Of a DNA stretch of 64,000 bases, positions 48,392 to 58,641 are shown piece after piece. The stretch spans positions 34,713 to 98,712 of the forward strand of contig JAKAZV010000001.1 of assembly GCA_021826505.1 (NCBI GenBank). The letters are read 5' to 3'. Position 1 is the stretch's first letter. Each line of letters opens with the position of its first letter. A model generated the notes under the pieces. That model had not been told where the DNA came from. It worked only from the letters and a program-made list of their open reading frames with translations, and made no database searches. Both the position numbers and the translations under genes were made by a program. The stretch is from Acidobacteriota bacterium. Lineage in GTDB: Bacteria > Acidobacteriota > Terriglobia > Terriglobales > SCQP01.

Positions 48392-49972
48392 ATGAAATTC
48401 GCCCATCGGATCCTATTTGGCGCAGGCCTTCTGGCCATGGCCGGTGCTGGTCTCGCCTGGGGCATTCCGCGGGCACGAAGGCCGCCGCTGGTATCGTGGC
48501 GCCGTTTGCAGATTCTTGCGGCGCATAAATCCAAAACTCCCGTGCGGGTCCGGGGCATCGTTACCCTCATTCAGCCCTGGAATGCCGTGGTCATTCAGAC
48601 CAGGCATCATGGCATCTACGGCACCGGCGCCCATCTGCAAAACCTGCATCTCTGCCAGCAGGTCACTCTGACCGGCATACCCACGCTCTACGGCAAAACA
48701 GCGCTCTTGCGCAAAGTGTCCGCGCGGCCGGGTCTGCAGTCTCTGTGTCCGTCTCCGCTGCAAATGCGCCAGGCCCGGGATATGACCGAACGCCTGATGG
48801 ATATGCGGGTGCAACTTACGGCTCGCCTGGTGGGAATTGAGATCAACGCCACCGATCGCGTGCAATTTCTCAACGTCCTGATGGGCCGAACCAATATCTC
48901 GGTGGAAGCCGCCTATCCCGAGGCCCGGCGGCAATTGAGCGGCTTGCGCCTGGGCAGCCGGCTGCGATTGACCGGCATTTACTACATCCACTATGCGGAT
49001 GGCGCGCGCCGCATTCAACTGGAGCTGGCCCGCGCCGGCGATCTGCAGGTCGCACAGGTTCCGAGCTGGTGGACCATGCGGCGCCTGACCCGGGCCGGCG
49101 CCGGATTATTGGCGTTTCTGCTTCTGATCGCCATATGGACCCTGACCCTGCGGCTGCAAGTCCGACGGCAAGCCCGCAAATTAAGCTTGCAGCACGATAC
49201 CGAAGTTCAGCTGGAACAGCAGCTCGCGCAGGCCAAGCGCCTCGAAGCCGTCGGGCGGCTGGCCGGCGGCGTGGCTCACGATTTCAATAATTTATTGACC
49301 GTAATTCTCGGGCATGCGGAATTGTTGCGCATGCAGTGTGAGGATGCTCGCATGCATCCCGCGCTCGACCAAATCGTGGATGCCGGCCGCCGCGCCGCCC
49401 GCCTGACGGCTCAATTGCTGGCCTACGGCCGGCAGCAGAAAGCCGGCATGACGGCCCTGGACCTGAGCCAGTTGATTCATGGCATGAAAGATATCCTGCG
49501 TTCGCTGCTGCCGGAAAACATAAAAATCAACTACGCTCTCGACCCCGGACTCTGGCCGGTGCGGGCCGCTTCGGGCCAGCTCGAACAGGTGCTCATGAAT
49601 CTGGCCGCCAATGCCCGCGATGCCATGTCCGGGGCAGGCGAATTCAAGCTGTCTGCCGTCAATCTGCGGCTTGAGGCGGAGGAAGCTGCCGATTATATGC
49701 ATGCCCGGCCGGGCAATTACGTCTGTCTCAGTATTTCCGACACCGGCACCGGCATGCCTCCGGAAATTGTGGAAAAAATCTTCGACCCTTTTTTCACCAC
49801 CAAGGCGCCGGGCAAGGGCACTGGCCTGGGGCTCGCTAGCGTTCACGGCATTGTGGTGGAAAACGGCGGAGCGCTGCGGGTATGGAGCCAGCCCGGCCGC
49901 GGCACCCGCTTTGATATTCTGCTGCCCCGCTATCAGGAAGCGGGCGTTCGCGAAGCCGCCGCGGCCAGTTAA
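48392..49972 (+). CDS. membrane sensor histidine kinase
   Basis: Two TMs; [45 protein letters not shown]; no receiver domain. Confidence 0.93.
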   Translation: MKFAHRILFGAGLLAMAGAGLAWGIPRARRPPLVSWRRLQILAAHKSKTPVRVRGIVTLIQPWNAVVIQTRHHGIYGTGAHLQNLHLCQQVTLTGIPTLYGKTALLRKVSARPGLQSLCPSPLQMRQARDMTERLMDMRVQLTARLVGIEINATDRVQFLNVLMGRTNISVEAAYPEARRQLSGLRLGSRLRLTGIYYIHYADGARRIQLELARAGDLQVAQVPSWWTMRRLTRAGAGLLAFLLLIAIWTLTLRLQVRRQARKLSLQHDTEVQLEQQLAQAKRLEAVGRLAGGVAHDFNNLLTVILGHAELLRMQCEDARMHPALDQIVDAGRRAARLTAQLLAYGRQQKAGMTALDLSQLIHGMKDILRSLLPENIKINYALDPGLWPVRAASGQLEQVLMNLAANARDAMSGAGEFKLSAVNLRLEAEEAADYMHARPGNYVCLSISDTGTGMPPEIVEKIFDPFFTTKAPGKGTGLGLASVHGIVVENGGALRVWSQPGRGTRFDILLPRYQEAGVREAAAAS

Positions 49973-51447
49973 GCCTCGGCTTTTCGCTTCCTGCTTTCTT
50001 TCTTCCGCGTCGGCTCGGTCATCGCGCGCGGGTTCAAAATTTCCCGCAGCGCGGCTTCCGGCAATAAATTTTTCTCCCGGGCCAGTTCCAGCAGCGAACG
50101 GTTGCTGGCCAGGGCTTCTTTCACCAGCTCGGCCGCCCGCGCATACCCGATATGGGGGTTGAGCGCGGTGGCCTGGGCCAGCGTGGCGCCGGCATAAAAC
50201 TGGCAGCGTTCCGGGTTCGCCTGAATGCCGGCGACGCAGCGGCGGGTCAGGACCTCCAGCATATTCTTCATGATCCCGGCCGAATGCAGCACGGCATGCG
50301 CCATGGCCGGCATCATGACATTCAGCTCCAGTTGACCCGCCTGCAGGGCGAGAGCCGCCGCGACATCGTTGCCCACCGCCTGAAATGCCACCATCGCCGC
50401 CATTTCCGGCATCACCGGGTTGACCTTGCCGGGCATGATCGAGGAACCCGGCTGCAGGGCCGGCAGCATGATTTCATTGAATCCGGTCATGGGACCGCTG
50501 GCCAGCAAACGCAAGTCATTCGCGATGCGTATGACCTCCAGCGCCAGATTGCGCAGGGCCGATGAGGCGACCGCCATCGGCCACTGGCTCTGCATGGCGA
50601 AACGCAAGTCCCGCGCCGGCCGCCAGGCCAGCCCGGTCTTGCGCGCCAGATGCCGCAAGGCCAATCCCCGGTACTCGGCGTGCGTGTTCAGGCCCGTGCC
50701 CACCGCGCTGCCTCCCAGGCCTAATTCCAGCAGGCCATCGGCGGCATGCGCCAGCTCCTTGTCGGCCTGTTCCAGGGCCGCTCCATACGCGGCAAACTCC
50801 TGCCCCAGCCGGATCGGCACCGCGTCCTGCATGTGAGTGCGCCCGGCTTTCAGGATGGAATCGAACTCGCGGCCTTTGGCCGCAAACGCGGCGGCCGCGC
50901 CCTGCACCGCCGGCCGCAGCCGGTCCAGTTCCAATCGCGCGGCGATGCGCATCGCGGTGGGGAAAGTGTCATTGGTGGACTGCCCGAAATTGACATGATC
51001 GTTGGGGTGCACCGGGCTGTATTGGCCCAGGCTTTGGCCCAGCAGCTCGTTGGCGCGGTTGGCCAGCACTTCATTCACATTCATGTGAAATGAAACGCCC
51101 GCCCCCGCCTGATACACATCCACCACAAACTGCGCATCCCAGCGATGCTCCGCCACTTCCAGCGCCGCCGTTTCAATCGCGCGGCCCAGCTTGTGGGTGA
51201 TCATGCCCAGCTCGCGATTGGCCCGCGCTGACGCCCATTTTTGCAGGCCGTACGCCTCGATCAAGGCCGGCGCCGCCCGCAATCCGCTGATCGGGTAATT
51301 TTCCACCGCTCGCTGGGTTTGCACTCCGTAATAGGCGGCCGCCGGCACCGGGTAGCTGCCCAGCGAATCTTTTTCCATGCGGATCCCGCTCCGCACCGGC
51401 GAAGGCGCGGATTGAAAAGGCTTTTGCGATGATTTTGGTTTGGTCAT
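49969..51447 (-). CDS. aspA: aspartate ammonia-lyase (fumarase/aspartase superfamily)
   Basis: EKDSLG, YYGVQT.RA..N, QAGAG.S..MN.NEV, GRTHMQDAVP, GSSIMPGKVNP; fumC not excluded; start uncertain. Confidence 0.7.
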   Translation of the reverse strand: MTKPKSSQKPFQSAPSPVRSGIRMEKDSLGSYPVPAAAYYGVQTQRAVENYPISGLRAAPALIEAYGLQKWASARANRELGMITHKLGRAIETAALEVAEHRWDAQFVVDVYQAGAGVSFHMNVNEVLANRANELLGQSLGQYSPVHPNDHVNFGQSTNDTFPTAMRIAARLELDRLRPAVQGAAAAFAAKGREFDSILKAGRTHMQDAVPIRLGQEFAAYGAALEQADKELAHAADGLLELGLGGSAVGTGLNTHAEYRGLALRHLARKTGLAWRPARDLRFAMQSQWPMAVASSALRNLALEVIRIANDLRLLASGPMTGFNEIMLPALQPGSSIMPGKVNPVMPEMAAMVAFQAVGNDVAAALALQAGQLELNVMMPAMAHAVLHSAGIMKNMLEVLTRRCVAGIQANPERCQFYAGATLAQATALNPHIGYARAAELVKEALASNRSLLELAREKNLLPEAALREILNPRAMTEPTRKKESRKRKAEA

Positions 51448-51574
51448 GGCTGGATGAGGGAACATTTTGAGTGTACCGCGTTGCCCCGCGGGTTACCGTC
51501 CTTCCGCTCCGCATATTGCGCGGGATCAATTTCGGGTTTATTCTGAACTTAGCGCATCAAAGGAGCGCATTGGC

Positions 51575-51898
51575 ATGATCAATCTGACCCCTAAAGCGAT
51601 CGAAAAAGTGAAAGAAATTCTGGCGCAGCAAAATCCCGCGCCCGAAGGTCTGCGCATCGCGGTCGTGGGCGGCGGATGTTCGGGGTTTTCCTATTCCATG
51701 GCCTTCGACAATCCCAATGCCGAAGCCGATAAAACTTATGAATATGAGGGACTGAAGATTTTTGTCGATCCCATGAGCCTGATGTATCTGGATGGCGCCG
51801 AAGTGGATTTCGTGGACGCGCTGGAGGGTTCCGGCTTTCGGTTCAACAATCCGAACGTGAAGCACACCTGCGGCTGCGGCTCCTCGTTCGAAGCGTAA
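51575..51898 (+). CDS. erpA: A-type Fe-S carrier (ErpA/IscA/HesB)
   Basis: GGGCSGFSY, F.NPN...CGCGSSF; AAGGAG SD. Confidence 0.88.
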   Translation: MINLTPKAIEKVKEILAQQNPAPEGLRIAVVGGGCSGFSYSMAFDNPNAEADKTYEYEGLKIFVDPMSLMYLDGAEVDFVDALEGSGFRFNNPNVKHTCGCGSSFEA

Positions 51899-51907
51899 AG
51901 CAAAGCT

Positions 51908-52777
51908 TCACCGCTTCATTGCTTCTTCGCGTTTCCGCGCGCCGCGTTTGCTCATTTTTTTCTTCAGATTATCCACCACCAGGCCGGTCGCCTGCGCCAC
52001 CGAGCCATGTGGCCGCAAACTTAAATATTTTTGAAATTGCCTGACCGCCACTCCCGGGTGGCCCAGTTGCGCATAGGCATTGCCGAGAATGACATAGGCA
52101 ATCGGCGGGCCGGGAGGCTGATCGCGCAGCGCCCGCCAGGCGTCATATAAAGCCGCATGCGGACGGCGTTCTTTCAGCTCCAGTATGGATCGGTCAAAAT
52201 AGGCCTGCCAGGGCGGCTGCTGGGAAGCGATTGCCTGATTGAGATAAAACAGTTCCTGCGGGCGCAGATGCTGGCTGTCATACCATTGCGCCATGGCGGT
52301 CAGCGCCATCCCATTTCCGCGCCGCAGCCGCAGCGCGGTCAGCAAATTTGCAAAAGCCGGCCGCATGAGGCCTTCTTTCATCAGGGCATATCCGCGGACC
52401 AGAAAGATTTTGCTCCACCGCGGCGCAAACCGCGCCGCCCGGTCAATCATTCGCAGGGCGCGTGTGTATTTTTTCTCCCGCAAATCCCTCAGCGCGGACT
52501 TTAATCCATTTTTTGCCTGCGGCGGCGCGGCCAGATTCTGAATGGAGACGCGGCCCCGGGCGATGGCCCGCCGCGCGTTTTGTCCCGGCGTTAACCTTTC
52601 CAGGGCGCGGTCGCGCGGATGATGCAGCGAGGCTCCGTTGGAAAGTATGAATATCCACTGCTGGGCATGCAGCGGGATCGCATACCCAGACAAAATCACC
52701 ATAACTGCGATCCAGGAAAATTTATGCGTGAGGCATTGGCGGCCACGCTTCAGCCGGGTGCGGCAAAATCTTTCCAC
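51908..52777 (-). CDS. secreted TPR-repeat protein
   Basis: Signal-like segment; TPR-like helices (LGNAYAQLG...A...FQKYL...P); start uncertain. Confidence 0.65.
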   Translation of the reverse strand: MERFCRTRLKRGRQCLTHKFSWIAVMVILSGYAIPLHAQQWIFILSNGASLHHPRDRALERLTPGQNARRAIARGRVSIQNLAAPPQAKNGLKSALRDLREKKYTRALRMIDRAARFAPRWSKIFLVRGYALMKEGLMRPAFANLLTALRLRRGNGMALTAMAQWYDSQHLRPQELFYLNQAIASQQPPWQAYFDRSILELKERRPHAALYDAWRALRDQPPGPPIAYVILGNAYAQLGHPGVAVRQFQKYLSLRPHGSVAQATGLVVDNLKKKMSKRGARKREEAMKR

Positions 52778-52844
52778 TTTTACAAAACTCCCTTCTGAAG
52801 TAGATGCCGTTTCCCGGGCTGATATTTTTTAATAACTAAACTCG

Positions 52845-53936
52845 CTATGCTGCCGCGCTGCTCGGCCGCCGGGCTGCTTCGCAGTAGCGCATCAACTCCG
52901 CCGCCCGGGCCTTGCCGCAATCCCGCTCGCGCACCCGCTCCGCGGCAGCATCTCCAATGCGCCGGCATTCTTCAGGGCTGTATTCGGTCAAAATCCGCAT
53001 TATTTGCCCGGCCGTATCCGCGATCAGGATTTCCTCGTCCGGCTGGAAAAGGGTTTCCAGGCCGGGGAAACGGTCGCTGATGATGGGTGTGGCGCAGGCG
53101 GCGGCTTCAAACAGCCGCACCGAGGGCGAGTATCCGGCCCGGGTCATGGCTTCCCGGGTCAGATTGAGTGTCCAGCGTGACTGGCAATAAAATTCCCGGT
53201 GCTGTTCGGGTGCGAGATGCTCCATATGCTGCAGCCAGGGCGGCCAACCTTTATATGGCGCATATAAGGCGCCGGCCACGATAAAATCCATTTCGCGCAG
53301 CATGCGGGCGGGCCGCAGCAATAGCTCCTGAAATTTCTCTTCCCGGTCCGCGGCATGCGTTCCCATATAGCTGAGATCAAAGCGCTTCACCGGCATGTCA
53401 TGCTTTCCGGGAGGGAAATACAACTCCGGTTCAAAACAGCAGTACAGCGTCCGGGCCATTCGCGCGCCCCAGCGCTTTTCGATCCAGGCCGGAATCTCCC
53501 CGCCGGTAAAGCTGACGTACAGGTCGAGACCGGGAATGAGCTCGGCTTCCATATACTCACAGGCGCTTTTTTCCAGGGCCGCCAGAGTAATCGGGGTGTC
53601 AATGTCGTAAAAAACGGCCTGGGCGCTGCCGCCGGCAAGCAATTCCCGCAGAATCAACGGCCCGTCCTGGACATAGCTGCCGACGATCACGCAGTCGGCT
53701 TCCTTCGCTTCCCGCCGGACATCGGCCAGCGCCTGCCGTAAATCCGGCTGCAGCCGCACCCGGCAATACTCGGGCGCGGTCAGATCCCGGTGCCGCGCAT
53801 ACCAGGGCTGATCGCGCTCATAAAAGGTGATCTCATGGCCCAGCGCATGCGCGCCCCGCAGCAGGCTGCGCCAGGTCACGGCATGACCGTTGCCCCAGGA
53901 GGAAGTAATGGCGAGTCCAAAAACAGCGATTTTCAT
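52845..53936 (-). CDS. CgeB-like glycosyltransferase
   Basis: SSWGNGHA, YDIDTP.TL, GYSPSVRLFEAAAC. Confidence 0.88.
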   Translation of the reverse strand: MKIAVFGLAITSSWGNGHAVTWRSLLRGAHALGHEITFYERDQPWYARHRDLTAPEYCRVRLQPDLRQALADVRREAKEADCVIVGSYVQDGPLILRELLAGGSAQAVFYDIDTPITLAALEKSACEYMEAELIPGLDLYVSFTGGEIPAWIEKRWGARMARTLYCCFEPELYFPPGKHDMPVKRFDLSYMGTHAADREEKFQELLLRPARMLREMDFIVAGALYAPYKGWPPWLQHMEHLAPEQHREFYCQSRWTLNLTREAMTRAGYSPSVRLFEAAACATPIISDRFPGLETLFQPDEEILIADTAGQIMRILTEYSPEECRRIGDAAAERVRERDCGKARAAELMRYCEAARRPSSAAA

Positions 53937-53937
53937 C

Positions 53938-55062
53938 TCAGGAAACGGCTTCCAGGGGAGCTGGCTTATGGTTCATGATCTGACGCGCCGCCAAAGATCC
54001 GCCGCTCAAAATCCGGTCTGCCAGCCGTGCCCGGACTTCGTAACTGTGCTCCCGCAGGGCGCGTTGGCGCATGGCCAACCCCAGCGCGCGGCGATCATCG
54101 GGACTGGTCCGCTCGACGATCCTGACGAGTTCCAGGGCGTTCGCCGCGGTCATGATCTCGTTCCCGGGACTGAAAAAATCCGCGATGCCGGGCCATAAAT
54201 CCGTGATCACGGCCGCGCCCCCGCCCGCCGCTTCGAATATGCGTGTCGGGGGCGAATATCCGGTATGCGCCATGGAATTGCGGTTGATATTTAGCACCCA
54301 GTCCGCCGAGCAGTTGAGCCGGTTGTGTTCACGGCTGGGTACGTGGCCCAGCCAGCGCACATTGCGGGGCAGTTCCCGATCGCCCCATCCCAGGCCGCCC
54401 AGCACAAAATTCCTGTGGGGCAGCATCCGGGCCGCAGCCAGAAAGATATCTTCCACTCTCTCTTCCCGGTCCGGCAGGCGATGCCCGGTAAACAGCAGAT
54501 CGGCCCGCTCGCGTTCCCCAACCCGGACCGGAAAATGCGTTTCCGGGTCCAGCCCGTTATAAATGTTGCGGCAGGCGCGGGCGCCCAATCGCCGGTATTC
54601 GCGCTCCACCGCGGCCCCGCCGCCGTAGGTGAATACCAGGTCGTAATCGGGCAGCCGGCGCGCCAGCGCGCACTCCGGTTCCGAGCGAAGCCGGGCCAGC
54701 GTGGCCGGCGCGTCCACATCCCAGTACACGATGAGCGGAGCGCCTCCGCCGCCGCGGCATTCAGGCACGTGGTCTTCCAGCCAATCGTCCGCGTCGCCGA
54801 TGCCGCTGTGTTTAATCACCGCATCGGCATCGCGCGCCCATCGCAGCATTTCCCCCAGTCCCTCCGGCGACCGGTAGCGTATGACCCGCGCATACTCGAC
54901 TTCGTCCAGGTCGCGGTGCTCCCAGCGCTGGTAAATGTCGGGCTCCGCGAATGTGATTTCATAGCCCAGACGATGCAGGTATTTGTAAATGCCGCGATAA
55001 TACGTGGCGGCGCCGTTCCAATAGCAGGAAAGCAGGCTGGAGCCGAAAACAAAAAGTTTCAT
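53938..55062 (-). CDS. CgeB-like glycosyltransferase
   Basis: SCYWNGAATYYRG, WDVDAPATL, GYSPPTRIFEAAG. Confidence 0.88.
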   Translation of the reverse strand: MKLFVFGSSLLSCYWNGAATYYRGIYKYLHRLGYEITFAEPDIYQRWEHRDLDEVEYARVIRYRSPEGLGEMLRWARDADAVIKHSGIGDADDWLEDHVPECRGGGGAPLIVYWDVDAPATLARLRSEPECALARRLPDYDLVFTYGGGAAVEREYRRLGARACRNIYNGLDPETHFPVRVGERERADLLFTGHRLPDREERVEDIFLAAARMLPHRNFVLGGLGWGDRELPRNVRWLGHVPSREHNRLNCSADWVLNINRNSMAHTGYSPPTRIFEAAGGGAAVITDLWPGIADFFSPGNEIMTAANALELVRIVERTSPDDRRALGLAMRQRALREHSYEVRARLADRILSGGSLAARQIMNHKPAPLEAVS

Positions 55063-56198
55063 CCGATGTTCTGGCAAATTTCCTCCCATTCCCGCGCCCG
55101 TTGCTCACAGCCATGGCGGCGCCGCACGCTTTCCAGCCCGTGCCGGGCCAGGCTTTGCCTCTCGTCTTCATGCCGCAGCAGATATGCGATCCGCGCTTCC
55201 ATTTCGTTTCCGCCGGCCACGCATTCGTAATCGGCGCCAGGCTCCAGCAGGCCTTCGGTTTCCAGCCACGGACTGCAGAGCAGGGCAATGCCGCAGGCCA
55301 GCGCCTCGAAGACCCGGATCGTTGGCACCCCCGGCAAAGTCTCGCGATACGCCTGCCGCGGTATGTGCAGCGCGATCCTGGCGCGGGCATAGGCCGCGGG
55401 CGCCCGCGGATTGGGCAAATATCCGGAATATGCAATGCCCGCCGCTTTCAGCCGCTGCCGCGCATCCGCTGGATAGCGCACTCCATACGCCTGAAAGCGA
55501 TGCTCTTGCAGCCGCCGCGCCGGCTCCAGCAGATATTCCTCCAGCTCTCGCGTCCGTTCTTCATCGCCCCAGTTGCCGATCCAGATCACTTCCGGCGCGT
55601 GATCTTCCCCCGCTTCATCCGCCGCGGGCTGGAAAATGCTGAGATCGGCGGCCTCGTGCAGGGTATAACTGCGCCGGGCGTGAAATCGGGTTTCGTACAC
55701 CCGCCGCAGGCTCTCGCCAAAGGCCACCACCGCGTCGAATTCGTTCATCTGACAGGCTGCGATTTCTTCCGGCCGGCTGATGCCGCGGTGATGCGTATCG
55801 TGCCAGATCAGCCTGAAACCGAGTTGATGGCGCAGACGCTTGAGTGCCTGAATCAGCGCCGGGTCGCTCCATTCATGCGCCACCACCCATTCCACATCCC
55901 GCAATGGCTCTTTGAGAAATGAAAATAAATTGCGGCCATGGCCATCGGGAAGGGGATAAAACGCCGGCCGGATTTCCGGGTATGCCTGATTGAAATCCCG
56001 CACCGCGCTGGTCCAGCACAACGGCTCCTGGCGCACCAGGTTCTTGAGCGACCATCCTCCCCATGGCCCGGGCAGCGGCTCAAACCACTGCAGTTGATGT
56101 CCGCGGCGGCAAAGCGCGCGGGTCAGCCCACGGAGAAAATGGGCGTTGCCGTGATTCCAGTCCGAAAGCCAGGAGTGGGCAAACCAGGCGATGCGCAT
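55059..56198 (-). CDS. CgeB-like glycosyltransferase
   Basis: SDWNHGNAHFLRG, HDTHHR, GNWGDEER, PTIRVFEALACG. Confidence 0.88.
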   Translation of the reverse strand: MRIAWFAHSWLSDWNHGNAHFLRGLTRALCRRGHQLQWFEPLPGPWGGWSLKNLVRQEPLCWTSAVRDFNQAYPEIRPAFYPLPDGHGRNLFSFLKEPLRDVEWVVAHEWSDPALIQALKRLRHQLGFRLIWHDTHHRGISRPEEIAACQMNEFDAVVAFGESLRRVYETRFHARRSYTLHEAADLSIFQPAADEAGEDHAPEVIWIGNWGDEERTRELEEYLLEPARRLQEHRFQAYGVRYPADARQRLKAAGIAYSGYLPNPRAPAAYARARIALHIPRQAYRETLPGVPTIRVFEALACGIALLCSPWLETEGLLEPGADYECVAGGNEMEARIAYLLRHEDERQSLARHGLESVRRRHGCEQRAREWEEICQNIG

Positions 56199-56223
56199 CG
56201 TGTGTTCTTTCAGAAATGAAAAT

Positions 56224-57399
56224 CTATGCGACAGCGGGCTGTTGATTCGCGGTTTCCGGAGCGTTTTGTCCCGGCCGTTTTGTGTTTCCGGAAAGCCGCG
56301 GCGGCGATAGCATTTTCCGGTAGAGGGCCATATAGCGCTGCGCCATGCGTTCGCCGGTAAACTGGCGCAGGGCATGGCGCCAGGCGCCGTGGGCCCGCGC
56401 GCTCGCCGCATCGGGGCAGGCTTGCTGCCAGGCCAGATGCCGCTCCAGGCCGCCTCGCGCTCCCGCCGTGCCGGGCGCGGGAAAATACAGGGCATGCTCG
56501 CCCCACAATTCACGCTGGCTCGGCAAATCGCTCAGGACCAGGAGACAGCGCGAAAAAGCCGCCTCCAGCGCCGTCAATCCAAACGGCTCGTAGCGGCTGG
56601 CCGAGACCATCGCCGCCGCGTGGCCCAGCCATTGCCGCATTTGCCGCTGATCGAGTGCGCCTAAAAGCTGGTTCCGCGCACAGACCCGGGAATTGACCGG
56701 CCGCATGCCGGGCGCCGCATCAGCCCCCGCCAGCGCCAGCGGCAGCGGCCAATCCTGTTCCGCCAGCCAACTCATCTGCTTGCCGGCGTCCCACCAGCGT
56801 CCCGCCGCCAGCGCATAATTCTGTTTTTCCAGGTAGGGATGAAAGAACGCGGGCGACAATCCATTCGGGATGCTGAAAATCTCTCGTTGCAGGCCAAAAC
56901 TGCGCAGCGTATCTTCCGCCGCCGCGCGGCTGGGCGCCGTCACCTGCGCCGCCTGCTGCAGGGCGGTTTGGCCAAGCTGGCGGTACCAGGCATGGTAGGC
57001 GTCATCCGGCGCCGCTTCTCCCCGCACCTGGCGCCACCAGGAGATCACGTCGCTATGCACGGTCAGCAGTTCACGGCCGGAATGTCCGCTGCCGATTGCG
57101 CAAAATTGATTGGCATGCAGGAGGTCAGGAGACCTGCTCCGGACGAGTTCCCGCAGCCAGTCCCGTGTTTTTTCCACCTCTGACCGGCTTTCGGGCATCC
57201 ACTCCAGCCGCCACTCGGCGCTATGGAATTCCACCTTCCACGCCGCAAGTTTTTTCTGCTTCTCCACATCCGGCGGTTTCCCCAGGCAGGCCAGGGTAAC
57301 GGTCCAGTTTTTTCGCCGCAGTTGGTAAGCCAGCTCCCGGGTGAAGGTCCAGACTCCGCCCCAGGTGTCGGTGGTGATCAGGACGTGGGGCGGTTTCAT
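56224..57399 (-). CDS. GT4 glycosyltransferase
   Basis: TTD..GGVWT, HSDV.SWW, YEPFGL..LEAA. Confidence 0.88.
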   Translation of the reverse strand: MKPPHVLITTDTWGGVWTFTRELAYQLRRKNWTVTLACLGKPPDVEKQKKLAAWKVEFHSAEWRLEWMPESRSEVEKTRDWLRELVRSRSPDLLHANQFCAIGSGHSGRELLTVHSDVISWWRQVRGEAAPDDAYHAWYRQLGQTALQQAAQVTAPSRAAAEDTLRSFGLQREIFSIPNGLSPAFFHPYLEKQNYALAAGRWWDAGKQMSWLAEQDWPLPLALAGADAAPGMRPVNSRVCARNQLLGALDQRQMRQWLGHAAAMVSASRYEPFGLTALEAAFSRCLLVLSDLPSQRELWGEHALYFPAPGTAGARGGLERHLAWQQACPDAASARAHGAWRHALRQFTGERMAQRYMALYRKMLSPPRLSGNTKRPGQNAPETANQQPAVA

Positions 57400-57435
57400 G
57401 CGGCAGACTCCAATACCGGCTGTGGCGGGGGTGCT

Positions 57436-58641
57436 TTAATTCGTGCGGCCCGAGGCGGAAAGCGTCAGCCCCCAGGCGTTCAATTCGGCGATCGGCTGGG
57501 GCAGGGGAGAGAGCGTCTGGGCGCGGCCTTCAAATTCCTCCCGCCGCAGCCATTCCGCCAGTTCGCGCAGCCCGTCCTGCAGATTCACCCGCGGCTGGAA
57601 TTGCAGCTCCGCCCGCGCCCGGCTGATATCGGCAATGCAGTGGCGAATGTCGCCGGCCCGGTATTGTCCCGTGATCAGGGGCTCAATGTCCGAATCGAGC
57701 GCCCGCGCCAGCCGCCGCGCCAGCTCGCCCATGCTCACGGTTTGCCCGGAGGCCAGGTTATACACCCGCGCGCCCGGCTGCCGCGCCAGCGCCAGCGCCT
57801 GGCGGGCGGCCCGCGCGATGTCGTGCACGCTGATCAGATCCCGCTGCTGCCTGCCGTCTTCAAAAATCAATGGCGGCAGACCGCGCAGCAGCCGCGCCGC
57901 GAAGTTCGCGGCCACCCCGGTATAGGGATTGCTCAGCGATTGTCCCGGGCCGTAAATATTAAAAAATCGCAGGCTGACCGCGGCCAGGCCGTAGCTGCTG
58001 GCAAACAGCTCGCAAAGCTGCTCCTGCCCGTATTTGGTGAAGGCATAGACCGAAGCCGGTTCCGGCGGTTTGTTTTCCGGCGTGGCCACCGGCTTCAGCT
58101 CCGTCCGGCAGCGCGGGCATCTGGGTTCCCACTCCTGCCGCTGCAGTTGCTCCACCTGCCGCCGCGCCTGCAGAATCTGATCGCAGTTGGAGCAGTGTCC
58201 CAGGCCTTCGCCATAAATGGACATCGAGCCGGCCAGAACGATGGTTCGTATCCCGCCCCGCGGTTTTTGATTTTCTTTCAGAATGGCCTGCAGCAGTTCG
58301 GCCGTTCCGCGCAGATTGTGGTCCACGTAGCGGTCGTATTGGTACATGGACTGCCCCACGCCCACCACCGCCGCCAGGTGCACCACGCTGTGCGCGCCCG
58401 CCAGCGCCCGCTTCAGAAAATCCGGATCGCGGATATCCCCCCGCATCCATTCCACAGCCCGGATCGCGTGGCTCAGCGCATCGCCGTTGCGGCCGGCTTT
58501 TTTCAATCCTGCATTCTCGCCGTGAACCTGCGGATCGAAGTTGTCGGCGATGCGCACCAGGTAGCCGGCCTCCGCCAGCTCCCGCGATAGATGCTGACCG
58601 ACAAATCCGGCCCCGCCGGTGATTAAAACCCGTTCAGACAT
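57436..58641 (-). CDS. NAD-dependent nucleotide-sugar epimerase/dehydratase
   Basis: TGGAGFVG, HLAA.VGV, YAFTK (YxxxK), LRFFNIYGPGQ; CxxC..CxxC insert. Confidence 0.92.
   Translation of the reverse strand: MSERVLITGGAGFVGQHLSRELAEAGYLVRIADNFDPQVHGENAGLKKAGRNGDALSHAIRAVEWMRGDIRDPDFLKRALAGAHSVVHLAAVVGVGQSMYQYDRYVDHNLRGTAELLQAILKENQKPRGGIRTIVLAGSMSIYGEGLGHCSNCDQILQARRQVEQLQRQEWEPRCPRCRTELKPVATPENKPPEPASVYAFTKYGQEQLCELFASSYGLAAVSLRFFNIYGPGQSLSNPYTGVAANFAARLLRGLPPLIFEDGRQQRDLISVHDIARAARQALALARQPGARVYNLASGQTVSMGELARRLARALDSDIEPLITGQYRAGDIRHCIADISRARAELQFQPRVNLQDGLRELAEWLRREEFEGRAQTLSPLPQPIAELNAWGLTLSASGRTN

Noticed and set aside
57223..58590. Long antisense ORFs (also 14330-15517, 40140-41141, 59773-60864 and others)
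   Set aside because: Shadow frames of well-supported genes in high-GC DNA with no recognisable motifs.
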